Assembly: GCA_016748015.1 (NCBI GenBank)
Contig: JAAOMT010000239.1
Coordinates: 468,356 to 532,355 of the forward strand
Direction of reading: 5' to 3'
From: Geosiphon pyriformis uo1
Taxonomy: Eukaryota; Fungi; Glomeromycota
DNA: 64,000 bases
Made by a program: the position numbers and the translations under genes. Under the pieces are notes generated by a model, which saw only the letters and a program-made list of their open reading frames with translations, was not told the origin of the DNA and ran no database searches. Below are positions 37,345 through 48,695 of this stretch, piece after piece. Each line of letters opens with the position of its first letter. Position 1 is the stretch's first letter.

Positions 37345-38858
37345 ATGGATACTTATCCAACATTATTCGAACTTTTCAGTCGGTTTGCTGATATTCTTGC
37401 TTCGGCCAAAAATTACAGTGTCAGGGACTGGAGTTTATCATATTTAAAAAATGTAGTTGAGAGCGCCTCTAACATTGAGGCGACTCTTTTGTGTGTGGAA
37501 GAGGAAGAAGCAAACACAGTTCATCAACAACTTATAGAAGCTTCGAAAAGAACACACTTTGGAGAGCCACCCTCGCTGGGCGACTTCGTAGCAGCTAAAC
37601 ACTCGCTTTACGCCTTATTGTTGCATAATGCTCATTTACCACAAGAACTTTATAATTATTTATTGAATACATATGAATTTGAGAATCATTATCAAACTGA
37701 CAAGAAAGCAAATGTTGTACAAGTAAGATATTTATTTTATATGTTTTTGTCAATTACAATAGAATAGTTAAGCTCACTTTTTCTAGGACGTGCAAACATG
37801 TGCGCGAAATTGTGCAACTACCGATCTCTTGTTGCTAATGAGCTCAACCTTACGTGAAGGATTAGGCATCATTGAGAGCTCAAACCAATCTCTAAAGCCT
37901 GGTATTTGGTAATGCTGGTTTTAACCGGATATTCCGGTCAGCTATATTTTTTAATATTTAGATATATTGAACAATCTTTCTGCAGAGCAGGCTGCCATCA
38001 TTTCTGAGTTCTCTTTCAAACTAACAGCAACAACAATCGTGAACAGATCATTAGCTCGTTCTCTTTTAGAAAAAATATCATCATTTTTTTATAATGGACA
38101 CATCGTTGATTATACGAGAGAACAGTTGATGAAAGAAATTGCTTCCATCGCGATAAACACTTCTGAAGGAGCGGTATGATATACATAGATTTGCTTCATT
38201 TTGATAAACTTTGAAAATTTTCACACTCAGGAATATTTTTTTACTTGTTCGACAGGAGGTAATTGCACATACGGCTATATTGGTTACTGAGGTGATCTAT
38301 GATAATCCTGGGTTAGCTGCTGTAATACAACAACTTCTTTTACGATGGATAACGTCGGAGGTCACTAAAAATCCTCCCAGGCAAGCTCACCAAGGTTCTA
38401 TTGTGCCAAGTTCTAGTTTAAAAGAGAGAATTTGGTGTTCGCACCCATGGTTACTTGGACAAATTTCCTCTCTCGATTCCCAATTTTTTGAGGTATATAC
38501 AAAGATACTTATATACCATCTCCGTCAAGAAATGAACTATTCTCCCACAGATCAATCATGGCGAGAGATGATCAAGCCTCGATTGTATTATCAAGAAATT
38601 AAAAATCAAGAAGGGTCTTCTCGTACTATTGAACAAAGTTCTCGGGTGAAGGGTTTGTATGATCAATGGATTGCATTGCAGCTTCAAAATCCAAGTATGA
38701 AGATCGTGACAATTAAATTATTAAAACCAGAATTCTTAAGGTACGAAAAGTCTCTCAAGGATAATAGTTTTCACGCATTGAATGATGCAAATTACAAAGA
38801 TTTTCACGAGGCTTGGAAAAAATTTTTTATCAACTTGGGGATAAATAATAAAATATAG
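37345..38858 (+). CDS. FANCF: Fanconi anemia group F (FANCF)-like protein; exons 37345-37722, 37787-37901, 37962-38173, 38256-38858
   Basis: Four exons splice in frame at GT-AG sites. N-terminal LFELFSRFADILASAKNYSVRDW..LLLHNAHL matches the FANCF pattern (human LLQHLDRFSELLAVSSTTYVSTW..RLLENRAL). C-terminal HPWLLGQISSLDSQFFEVYTKIL and W..FF..L resemble the FANCF C-terminal helical domain. The comparison is from memory. Confidence 0.72.
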
Positions 38859-38938
38859 ATAGTGAAAATTGGGTTTTTTACACAAATTCAAATCTGGAAA
38901 ATCTTTTGATTTTGAAGTAGGGAATCCATAAAATTGAG

Positions 38939-40623
38939 ATGTTGAAGCATAGGCTTATAGGGCTGTGCAGAGGACAGTTTATTGCTTCTCACCTATCAAG
39001 CTCTCATAAATCTGGTGTGATAATAAAGAGAGGGTTAGTCTTTTCCAACAGTTTCATATTAAAGTCAATGACTACCTTAACCGGGCAAGTGGAACTAGAA
39101 AAATCGAGTAAAAACAAAAAAGCGGTTTCCAGCTCAGTCGACATACGTGATACTGGTCCTTCATCAGGGTTTGGTAGTCGGCTGTTAAAAAATGCCGAAG
39201 ATGTCTTTAACCATAATGCGTGGTGAGTGGATGGATATTCTGTAGACATTTCAAAAACTACTTTGCCAATCCTTGCCGACGTTTTGTTCAAGGGATAACG
39301 TCATATGGAACGAAGAACAAGAGAAACAAGCACAAGAACAGGTAAAAAAACAGTTTACTAAAGTGTTATCTTCCGAAAATCAACGTAAGAAATATAATCT
39401 TTGCTGAGGGGTTTCAGTCATCAAGGCTGCTTTTAGGTTGATTGAACAGCCGACTTATTTTATCTTATAATTTCTTAATAGAACGATTTCACATCGAAGC
39501 GGCAGAATTTTGGAACACCTTCTATCAAAAAAACGAAAATAAATTCTTTAAAGATCGTCACTGGTTAAATGTGGAATTTCCTGAATTGCATGCAGCTACA
39601 CTTTCCGAGGTGGTTACTTAACCCTTTATTCGGTATCTCTTATTTTTCAAGTTTGATTTTGATGATAGTTTACTGGTCCTCTTTCCTTTGATCTGAAAGG
39701 CGGGTCAAAAAAAGGTATTTGAAGTTGGATGTGGAGCTGGTAACACTTTGTTTCCTCTTTTGGCTATCAACCAAAATCTCGAACTTTTCTTATATGCCTG
39801 CGATTTTTCGTCTACAGCCGTGGAAGTCGTGAAGGTAGCTAAGTTTATTACCTGAAACTAAATATATTTTCTACCTACTCGCTAAATCAATTTTGTAATT
39901 TAAAAAGGGGAATCCAGGATATAAGCCAAACCATAGCCACGCATTTGTATGGGATTTAACAAGTCCACAACTTCCACACTGTATTGAACCTGGATCAATT
40001 GATATAATCGTTTTGATATTTGTTTTCTCTGCAATTCGCCCTGAAGAATGGAATCAGGCGGTGGAAAATATCTTCGAGGTACAAAGATATGCCGTCGCTT
40101 CAATTCAATGTTTCGGTCTTGTTTTATAATGGTTTTCTGGCTCGCTCTATCCACATTTTAGATTCTAAAACCGGGGGGTCTGATCCTCTTTAGAGGTAAT
40201 CAGATTCTAAGTGTCTTTTATGAACCACGTTGCCCTAATATTCTCTTAAAAGCTCTAATTTCCTTCTGAATTCATATAAAGATTATGGTCGATATGATAT
40301 GGTCCAATTGAGGTTCAAGGAAGGACAAATGCTTGGAGAAAATTTTTACGTCCGTGGGGATGGAACACGAGTCTACTTTTTCACAACGGGTAACTGAGCA
40401 CTATTATAATGCACTAATAAGGAGATTTGTTTTTGAATCTAATATGCGAATTCGATCATATAAAATCGATGTAGATGAAATTGAATCGCTTTGGGGCTCT
40501 CGGTTTGAAATTGAACAGATCGCAGTAGACCGGCGTTTAATTGTGAATCGACATCGAAAGTTAAAAATGTATCGTAATTGGTTACAGGGTAAGTTTAGAA
40601 AACCAATCCTCGAGGGATCTTAA
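38939..40623 (+). CDS. tRNA N3-methylcytidine methyltransferase, METTL2/6/8-Trm140 family (8 exons)
   Basis: [88 protein letters not shown]. The start is either 38939 or the second ATG at 39068. Confidence 0.93.
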
Positions 40624-41222
40624 TAGAATAATTTATTTAGAAAACATTACTGAGAATATTCCTGGGCAAATAAATTAGAACCGCGGATGCTTAATGTCAT
40701 TTGAACTTTGCAATTTAAATAAAATATCATTTTTTGAGTTTATTCACGTCTTAGTAAATTTAACCATCCCCTTATAAACAATGAAACTCCATGCTGTTTT
40801 TATTTAAATGAACCTTGCCTTTGATGTTTCTTCCCATAGCTTTCCTTGACAGCGATCAGACAGTGTGAATACTTTTAGAAAATTTTTTCCACATGTGGAA
40901 TGTTTTCGGCAAATATAAGCTATATCATCATTTCACTGCCGCGGGAAAGAAACAATTTCACTTTAATATCTTGAATAGTTTTTTCTCAATGTAATAGCCT
41001 CACAGAATTCCGATTCACTCTAAAATTATTAAATTCTAATTAAAAATTCCCACTTTCATTTAGAGAGTGTTTTTTATTTTGATCGAGCATACTTTTTCTG
41101 AATTTTTTAGTTAAAGATACTAAAGAAATTATTAATCTTGATTGTACCTCAAGCAAAATGATGCATGGCGCTAGATTTTCTTTTCAGACTAAATGACCCA
41201 TAGAAAGCCAACATCCAACAAG

Positions 41223-42052
41223 TTAGGCAACCAAAGCGCTAGCAGTTGACGATTCACTATGAAACAAGAAAAAAAGGAAAGGGTGGTAATGGAGAGAGGG
41301 GGATTGAATGAGTTAAAGGAGACGATTACCGAGTAAGAAGCGGAAGTAAAAAATGGATAGCATTATTGCCATCCGATTCATTTTCTTCACGCTTCCAATG
41401 CACTCCGCATAATGTCCAATATAATGAATCAATTATGTGAAATAAAGCAAAGAAATAGAAAATATTTGAAAAAAGGATACTATTTCCAATTTGGAGCCAA
41501 TTGTCCAGCAGTCTTGTAGTACCTCCCCAAACGGTGGATACGCGACTCAATCAAGATTAATCGGAACTTCGCGTCTTTATCTTTACGATTGCGTTCAAGA
41601 TGCTTGCGCACAGCCACCGCTTTTTTAATGAGGTGGTAGAGATCTTCTGGAATCTCGGGTCCCAAGCCTATTTGAATTGAACTGTTAATAATTTTTGACT
41701 CACTTCTTTTATCGGCGAAAAATTATAAAATAAGCAAACGGGAGACATTTCCCCCCTATTATATCTTTCTCATCGTTCAGATAAAACGCAGTAATTTTGT
41801 GGTTCTACTATACTAACCGTTAGATTTCAAGATGCGTAGAATCTTGTTACCGGTCACATTCTTCACTTGCGCGATACCATGACTATCCCTAAGGACTACA
41901 CCAATCTGTGAGGGAGTCATACCCTTTTTTGCAAGTTTAAAGATTTGTTCGCAAACATCCTCAGGGGTAGTTTTTAACCAGGAAGGGGGAGTACGACGGT
42001 ATGGTAAAGCAGAGCTGGCGATACCTTTACCAGGTGCGTGCATGCGACCCAT
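41223..42052 (-). CDS. RPS13: 40S ribosomal protein S13 (uS15); exons 42052-41818, 41667-41481, 41256-41223
   Basis: [18 protein letters not shown]...[15 protein letters not shown]...[13 protein letters not shown]. Confidence 0.98.
41257..41480 (-). other. U12-type (minor spliceosome) GT-AG intron in RPS13
   Basis: The 5' splice site is GTATCCTTTT. A branch-site-like TCCTTTAAC lies at 41320-41312. Splicing restores the conserved WKY-ESS. Confidence 0.85.
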
Positions 42053-42619
42053 TTTAAAGTCTTATTTATAGTGAAAGGGTTGACTGGGTTTTTTTGGTCA
42101 AGAAACTCAAGGAAATTATTTTATGAAAAAAAATCGTCGATTCATTTATAAGAGCTGCACCCTGTGCACATATTAATATTCAAAAGTTTATCCCGTGAAG
42201 CAATAACCGATAATCATTCAGGGAAGCTCTTATTTTCTAGATTTCTAGCCAGATTTTTGAGAAACGAACCTTTATACCTGGGCTCAGGTCAATTGCCTAA
42301 TCTATTTTTTTGACAATGGATCCCACTAAATTATTAAACTATCATTTTAGAAACCACTAGGGGTTTCAGTAATGTACTTTTTGTTAATTCAAAATGCCCT
42401 ACGCTTCAGAAATCTCCCAAACATGATTAACTTACCTATGTTTAGCCAAAAGTTTTATTTCCGAGCTTTCACAATCTTTTTGATGAACCCGCAAATCAAT
42501 TTGATCTTCCCAACCATTTATTTTTGGGATGGGTAATTGAACAAGGGCCCACCAAAGAGCAAATAATTTCCCCGAATACCTTCGAGGTAGAAATTTGTGT
42601 CCGGTTTCATCACATCGAA

Positions 42620-44393
42620 TCAAAGATTAGGATTAATTTCCCCCAAATATATTTGCCGGTCGGTACTTCCGGATACAACTATGAATTAAAAATTGGTTAC
42701 CAGAGAAATTAGGGTTGTAAGTTTCACTATTGTTGCTTTTTGAAGAACAGCTTACTTATAGGTTCCTTTGGATGAAAATCTACATCATTCACGCAACCCT
42801 TATGGCCAGGTAATTTGTATAAAATTCGCCGTGTTGTAACATCCCAAATTACCACCGTTCTGTCCCCACTTCCACACGCTATCTGTGTTCCATCAGGAGA
42901 CCAAGACGGTTTAATTAAATTTTTTTCGAAGCCATGTGGGGCACCTTGTTTACAAAATAATATGAGAATAAAGTAATTAATACGGGTTTACAGAAAAGAG
43001 AGCTATAATTTTACTGACCCTCAAATATTTTTAATAAGCGATTGGCAGGTGCAAAAGGCTTGATATCCCAGATCCGAACTTTAAGAAAAGTTTTTGTTGT
43101 AAACAATTTTAAAATTGTAGATAATCTAAAAGAGAGAACATTCTTATTTCTCGTACCAGTGTTATCCATAGAATTTGACAAAAGGTAAGATCCATCTGGG
43201 CTTAAGCTCAAACCAGATATTGTGTCTATGTGTCCTTTGAGATTATAGGCAGCAATCTTTTTACGCAGATCCCAAGACTAAAGTGGAAGAAATAAAAAAG
43301 AGGATGAATTTATGCTAAACCTAGGAATATAAATTAGAATTGTAAAGAGCAATATTTAATCAAAGATTATAATTACTGTAATCTCATTGTCAAGGCCACC
43401 GGCAAAAATTGAATCACCAGCTTCACTGAAACAAACAGCAGTCACTTGGTATTGTTGCCTGAAGGTTTCAACCGCGTCTTTTTGACGAAGGTCCCATACC
43501 TTTGGAAATTTTTTATATTCAGTCAAACAATCATGTCTATAGAAGCGAAACACTTTTTCTACCTTTATCATTCCATCGTCTCCACAACTAACGAGAATTT
43601 CATTTCCTCGCCGGGCAGCCGAAACGCTGTTGACAAAAGAAGTGTGCCCTTTAAATTTTTTTATGCGGGTACCTGTCACAACGTCCCATATCCCGACAGA
43701 TTTGTCTGTTGAACAAGAGAAAATTTTACTAAGAGAGTAAGATACCATGGTAAGAAAAGTATTTCAAATTTTATAATCTAATAATGAAGGTAAACTTAAG
43801 GGTCAAACCTCGAATCTCTAGACCAATGTAGTTCCATTATGGGTCCATTATGGCCTTTCATGAGGCCGTAATTCAGGCAATCTCCATACGTGTTCCATAA
43901 AACTATTAGACGAAGGGGTAAATAGTTGTTCTAAAGTTTAGGTATTAGAATTATGTCAAGAAATACATACGAATGTTGCGATCGAAAGATCCAGAGGCAA
44001 TGTGTTGACCAGAAGAATCAAATTTGACGGTGAAGACTTCTCCCTAAATAGCAACATAAGAACGCGAGGAAAAAATCAAAGAAATGCCATGATTTATAAT
44101 AGATACCAAAATAAACTTCAAACCTGATGGCCATTTAGGAGCATGATTGGAGATTGAAGCCCAGAGGTACGGGGTACCTAGATCAGAACAATTTCTTTAA
44201 TTGAAGGAAATTTGGAATATAAATTAAATCAAGAATTAAAACAAACTGTTTGGATCACGGCTGCTCCACGAGCGGTTTGAGAGGAGCTGGAAATCACAAC
44301 TACATTGGAGTTTAACTCTGCTCTTTGGCGTTTAACAAGCGCAACGCTAGAAAGGGGTATCACTGGTGAATCCTTTCTCTTCTCAGACGACAT
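42620..44393 (-). CDS. SNRNP40: U5 snRNP 40 kDa WD40 protein (SNRNP40/WDR57/Cwf17), multi-exon
   Basis: PRTSGLQSPIMLLNGHQGEVF, SPDGSYLLSNSMDNT, RIWDIKPFAP, HGFEKNLIK, ILYKLPGHKGCVNDVDFHPKEPI, IYLGEI. Confidence 0.95.
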
Positions 44394-44588
44394 CGACCTC
44401 AAGCCTTAGTGTCAAGACGTGCAATATAGGTTATTGGAATATTACAAACTGTAAAAATTTTTGAAGAAATCAAACTATAGTTTCAAAACAGTAATGTCTT
44501 TTTAAAGGAATGAATAACCAAAACTAAAAATATTCGTTGATAGGCAAATTTATTTTAATTTACTATATGTTAAATAAAATCACATACG

Positions 44589-44590
<2 letters not shown>

Positions 44591-44625
<35 letters not shown>
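44591..44625. repeat. (TAA)n microsatellite
   Basis: About 12 perfect TAA units. Confidence 0.9.
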
Positions 44626-44628
<3 letters not shown>

Positions 44629-46889
44629 TCAAGATTTTTAAAATCAAATATTTTATTGAAAATTTGCAAATAATAATATTTTTCATGGTTTAATTAATTT
44701 AATATTTATTATTAAATATATTAACATTAGTTAATAAAATATTTTATTTAAAAATAAATATTTATTTGATAAATTTTGAAACAAATAAAATTTTTTATTG
44801 CAGTTAAAATAAATCTAGTCGAAGTAAAAAAAATTATTGTCACGCCCAATCAGCTGCTAATATAATTGCTGGTCAACTGAAAAAACAGATTCGTTCACGT
44901 TCGGTTCTCAAAACCTTAATGATAAATAAAACATTTTTACAAAATAAACATTTAACTTTTCAGATTTTAAACTTAATAATTAAATTTTTTTTATAAATTT
45001 TAAAATAGGTATATAATTTATTTTTTTACTGTTTTAAAAATTAAATAAACCTAATAATATTTTAATATATAGTATTAAAAGTTTTTAATAATAATACATA
45101 TATTAATTAAATTAAATAAAAAAAATTTTGTATATAAAAACAAATTTATACATAAATTAAACAATTATTTTAAAAATAATTATTTAAATAAAATAAGTTT
45201 ATTATTAAAAAAAACTTGATTATAAAAATTTTATTTTTGTTTAATTTAGTTTTACTTAAAATTTTATTAAAAAAAACAGTTTTATAGATAAATATTTGCT
45301 TTTGTTATTTATTTTGTTTTATTATTATTTGTCTAATTTTAATTTTTTTTTATTCAATTAATAAATGAAATCTAAATACAACTTAATATTATATATTAAC
45401 AAAAATAATTTAAACTAAATATAAATTATATATTATTTATATATAATTAGCTACTTAAGCCAATCAAAATAACATTACATTAAACCAAAAAAAGTTGGAA
45501 ATAAATTCAATCCACTAATTTTTTCAATAATATTATTTAAATTTTTAGAATAAAATATAAATTTATTAAAAAACAACTTAATAAGTTTAATATTACTTCT
45601 AATATTAAGACTTAACATAAATTATAAAACAATTATGTGTTTAATAGTGTTTTTACCCAAAAAAAAAACTTAAAAACCAGTATTTTATTATAGTTTATAT
45701 AATTAAAATTTATCTTAAACTTAAGAAATACAATATTTTTAAAAATACCAATTAGAAAATTAACAAAATTATTAACAGTACTCTTTATAAAAAGCAAATT
45801 TTTTTCTACTAAAAGAGTTTTGTCTGTATTATTATTCAAAAAATAATAATTAAAACAATTAAAAAGCCAATAAATTTAATAATAAATTTTATCAAAACAA
45901 TTAAGCTCAAGATTTAAGCTTTTAAAAAATTTAATTTAAACTTGATAACAGAGTTAACAATAAGAACAACCAAAGAAACAGCAGAAAAAAATCCAAAAAA
46001 ACAAAAATCATAACATAAATTTTATTATTAACAAAAAATAACATTAAAAATCTAATATTAACAACAAATTTAAAAAACAACTTAAAAAAAAAAGATAAAA
46101 ATACTTTGTAATTAATAGACAAATAATTTAAACTCTAATATTTATAATAGTAATAATATTCAAAAGTTTCTTACTAATATATAATACTTGTATAAAATAC
46201 TAATTTTAATAATAGTAAATCTAAAAACTTATAATAATCAAATATTATAACAATAAAGCATTAATAATAATAAAAAATAAAAAAATAAAAAATAAAACAA
46301 GTATAGTTATCAACTTAAAAAATCATATTACTGATTTTAAAAACAATACAACCAAAAAAAAATTTGACTAATTTGGTTTTAAAAAAGTTTTTTAAAATAA
46401 TAATTTTTTTTTAATTAAAATAAAAATTTAAATATTGTTTTTTTTTATTAATACAAACTAATTATTAAGAGCAGCAGCAATAAAAAAAAGTTTTTAAAAG
46501 TAATAACAGCATATTATTACAAGTTAGCAAACTTCAACTTAATAGAAATAACAACATCAAAAACACTAAAAGTATTTTTAATATTACTAGTAGATATATA
46601 AAAAAAAATATTACAAAATACAATAAAAGTAAAAAAAAAATAACAAATTATTACAAAATATATTACAATTTTAAATATAATTAAAAAAAAAACTATTAAT
46701 AAAAAATTTAATAGTTACAATTAAGAAAGTTTTAAAAATAAAATAAAACTTCTTTCTCTTCTTTGTCCCAAATTCCCAAAAAAGAGTCAAAAGTTTTTTG
46801 AAAAAAAAGTTATTTTCACAATTCAGTACGATAAATTCAAACCCTTTATTCTTGACTATGAGACCACTGTTGGCTGTAGTATTGCTGTT

Positions 46890-48695
46890 ATGAAAAAGAC
46901 TGCTTAAGTTTCTGGCTCTAATGATGGCTTCAAACCTGTTCTTCTAAGGAAGAAGAAGAGAGGTGGTGCTTTAAAAGATGGTTCTGGTGATAAGGTTGTT
47001 GGTGCTAAGGTTCAGAATAGTCATTTATGGGGTTCAGAAACTGGCAATACCACTGAGTCCGATAGCATTGACATGAAGGAAGAATGTTTGGTAGAAGAGA
47101 CTAGCTTTAGGCAAGAAAGCGGAAAAGAGTCTGGTGGTGTTGATACTAATATGACACCTAAGTGTCCCAAAAAGATTGTTACCAAGTGTACTCTTGAAAA
47201 GCCTCTTGGCACTATTGACTTCAATATGGAAAATGATAATGATGATAATATTTTAGATGGGCCACTCTCTCTCTCTCCCCCTTTCTCTTTCAAACATATG
47301 GTGTAGATCTCAGTCAGAAAATCTTTTGTTCTAGACATTGATCTTAGAGTGGTCGCTGACAAGTCATCTTAAGAGAAACTAGCTTATGTCAGAAAAATTT
47401 TTTCTGGTGTAAATGGTTTTGAGGAGGCCTCTACTCCCTCAAAATTTGGTGGAATTATTCGGGCATCTTTCACTTCTGAAAAGGCAATGATAGCAGCGGC
47501 AAAAATGGCAAATGATCATGATGTTGTGGTAAACACTAATCTTAAGCGCCCTGGTAACAATCATTTGAATCAGGCTATTGTGTTGAAGGAAATTCTGGTG
47601 GGAACTTCTGTGGAGGCTGTACATGCTGCAGTGTCTAAATTTGAGAAGATTAAGACAATCAAAATACAGTTGGTGGGTTTGTGGCAGAAGGCAATCATCG
47701 AATTAGAAGATCAAACACAGGCTGATTTATTGGCTTCTAAGTGGTCCATCCTCATTGGGAAAAATGCAGTTCATGTGGCCAGGGCTGATATCGACAAACA
47801 ATCATGAAATGCCAAAGATAGTTTTAGGGCTTTGCTACATACTTTCCCCATGGGAACCACTGCTCATGATTTGTGGAATTTTATTGATTCTATCGATGGA
47901 AAAACTTACTTCATTGATTGCAATCTCTCAAATTATTCTCGTGCCTGTTGCACCTCTGTGTGTTTTGGTTCTGAACTGGATTTGGTTAATATAATGGCAG
48001 TGACTCTGGTTATAAAAAGTGTTGGTCTCTGCTGGTCTCGTCTTTTTTTGGCATCATGTGTGGTTTGCAAGAATTTTGGTTATACATTTCTTAGTTGTAG
48101 GCTTGTCAAGGATGCTGCAGTTCCAAATGGCAGAAGGACTGTACTTTCAGCTCAGAACCAGCTCAGACTGGTGAGAATTTATGCGAAAAAATCTGCTTCC
48201 ATCTTCCGTCCCCTGGCATTCGGTGGTAAAACTTGGGCGTCGGTTGTTGGTGCTTTTTCTGCTCCCCCCTTCTCTGGTAGCAAGTCACAATTTGGTTCCA
48301 TTATTAATGGTGAACCTCTCCCTCCCATTGTAGATATGTTGGAAGAACGTCTAGTCAGTATTGAAAGCAGTCTCGTCAGCCTCATGGGACAAATTGGTGA
48401 GTTGGCTAAGAGGTTGGATTCACTCGTGCTGGCAGTTTCCCAGCCTAGCTCTGGATGTCAGCTGCCGGTGACCCCCTCATCACAGAATCTGGAGAGTAAT
48501 ATAGTGATGGGAGTGGCTTCAAATAAAACCACTAGTGATGAGACTGCTGCAATTGTGGACTCATCAGTGTCTTTTCAAGTTACCAGGTTGGAAAATATGT
48601 TGAAGAGACTCTCCAAATCTGTGTTAAGCTTGTCTGCTTATTTTGAAAGTTCGGTTTTGGCTGGTGGTGTAATCTCTCAACTGTCTTCTTAATGA
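46890..48695 (+). pseudogene. LINE copy 2 ORF1
   Basis: Homologous to 25994-27806; degenerate knuckle CVVCKNFGYTFLSC; internal stops. Confidence 0.85.

Noticed and set aside
41668-41817. U14 snoRNA in RPS13 introns, as in mammals
   Set aside because: No box C/D pair or U14 domain A sequence in either intron.
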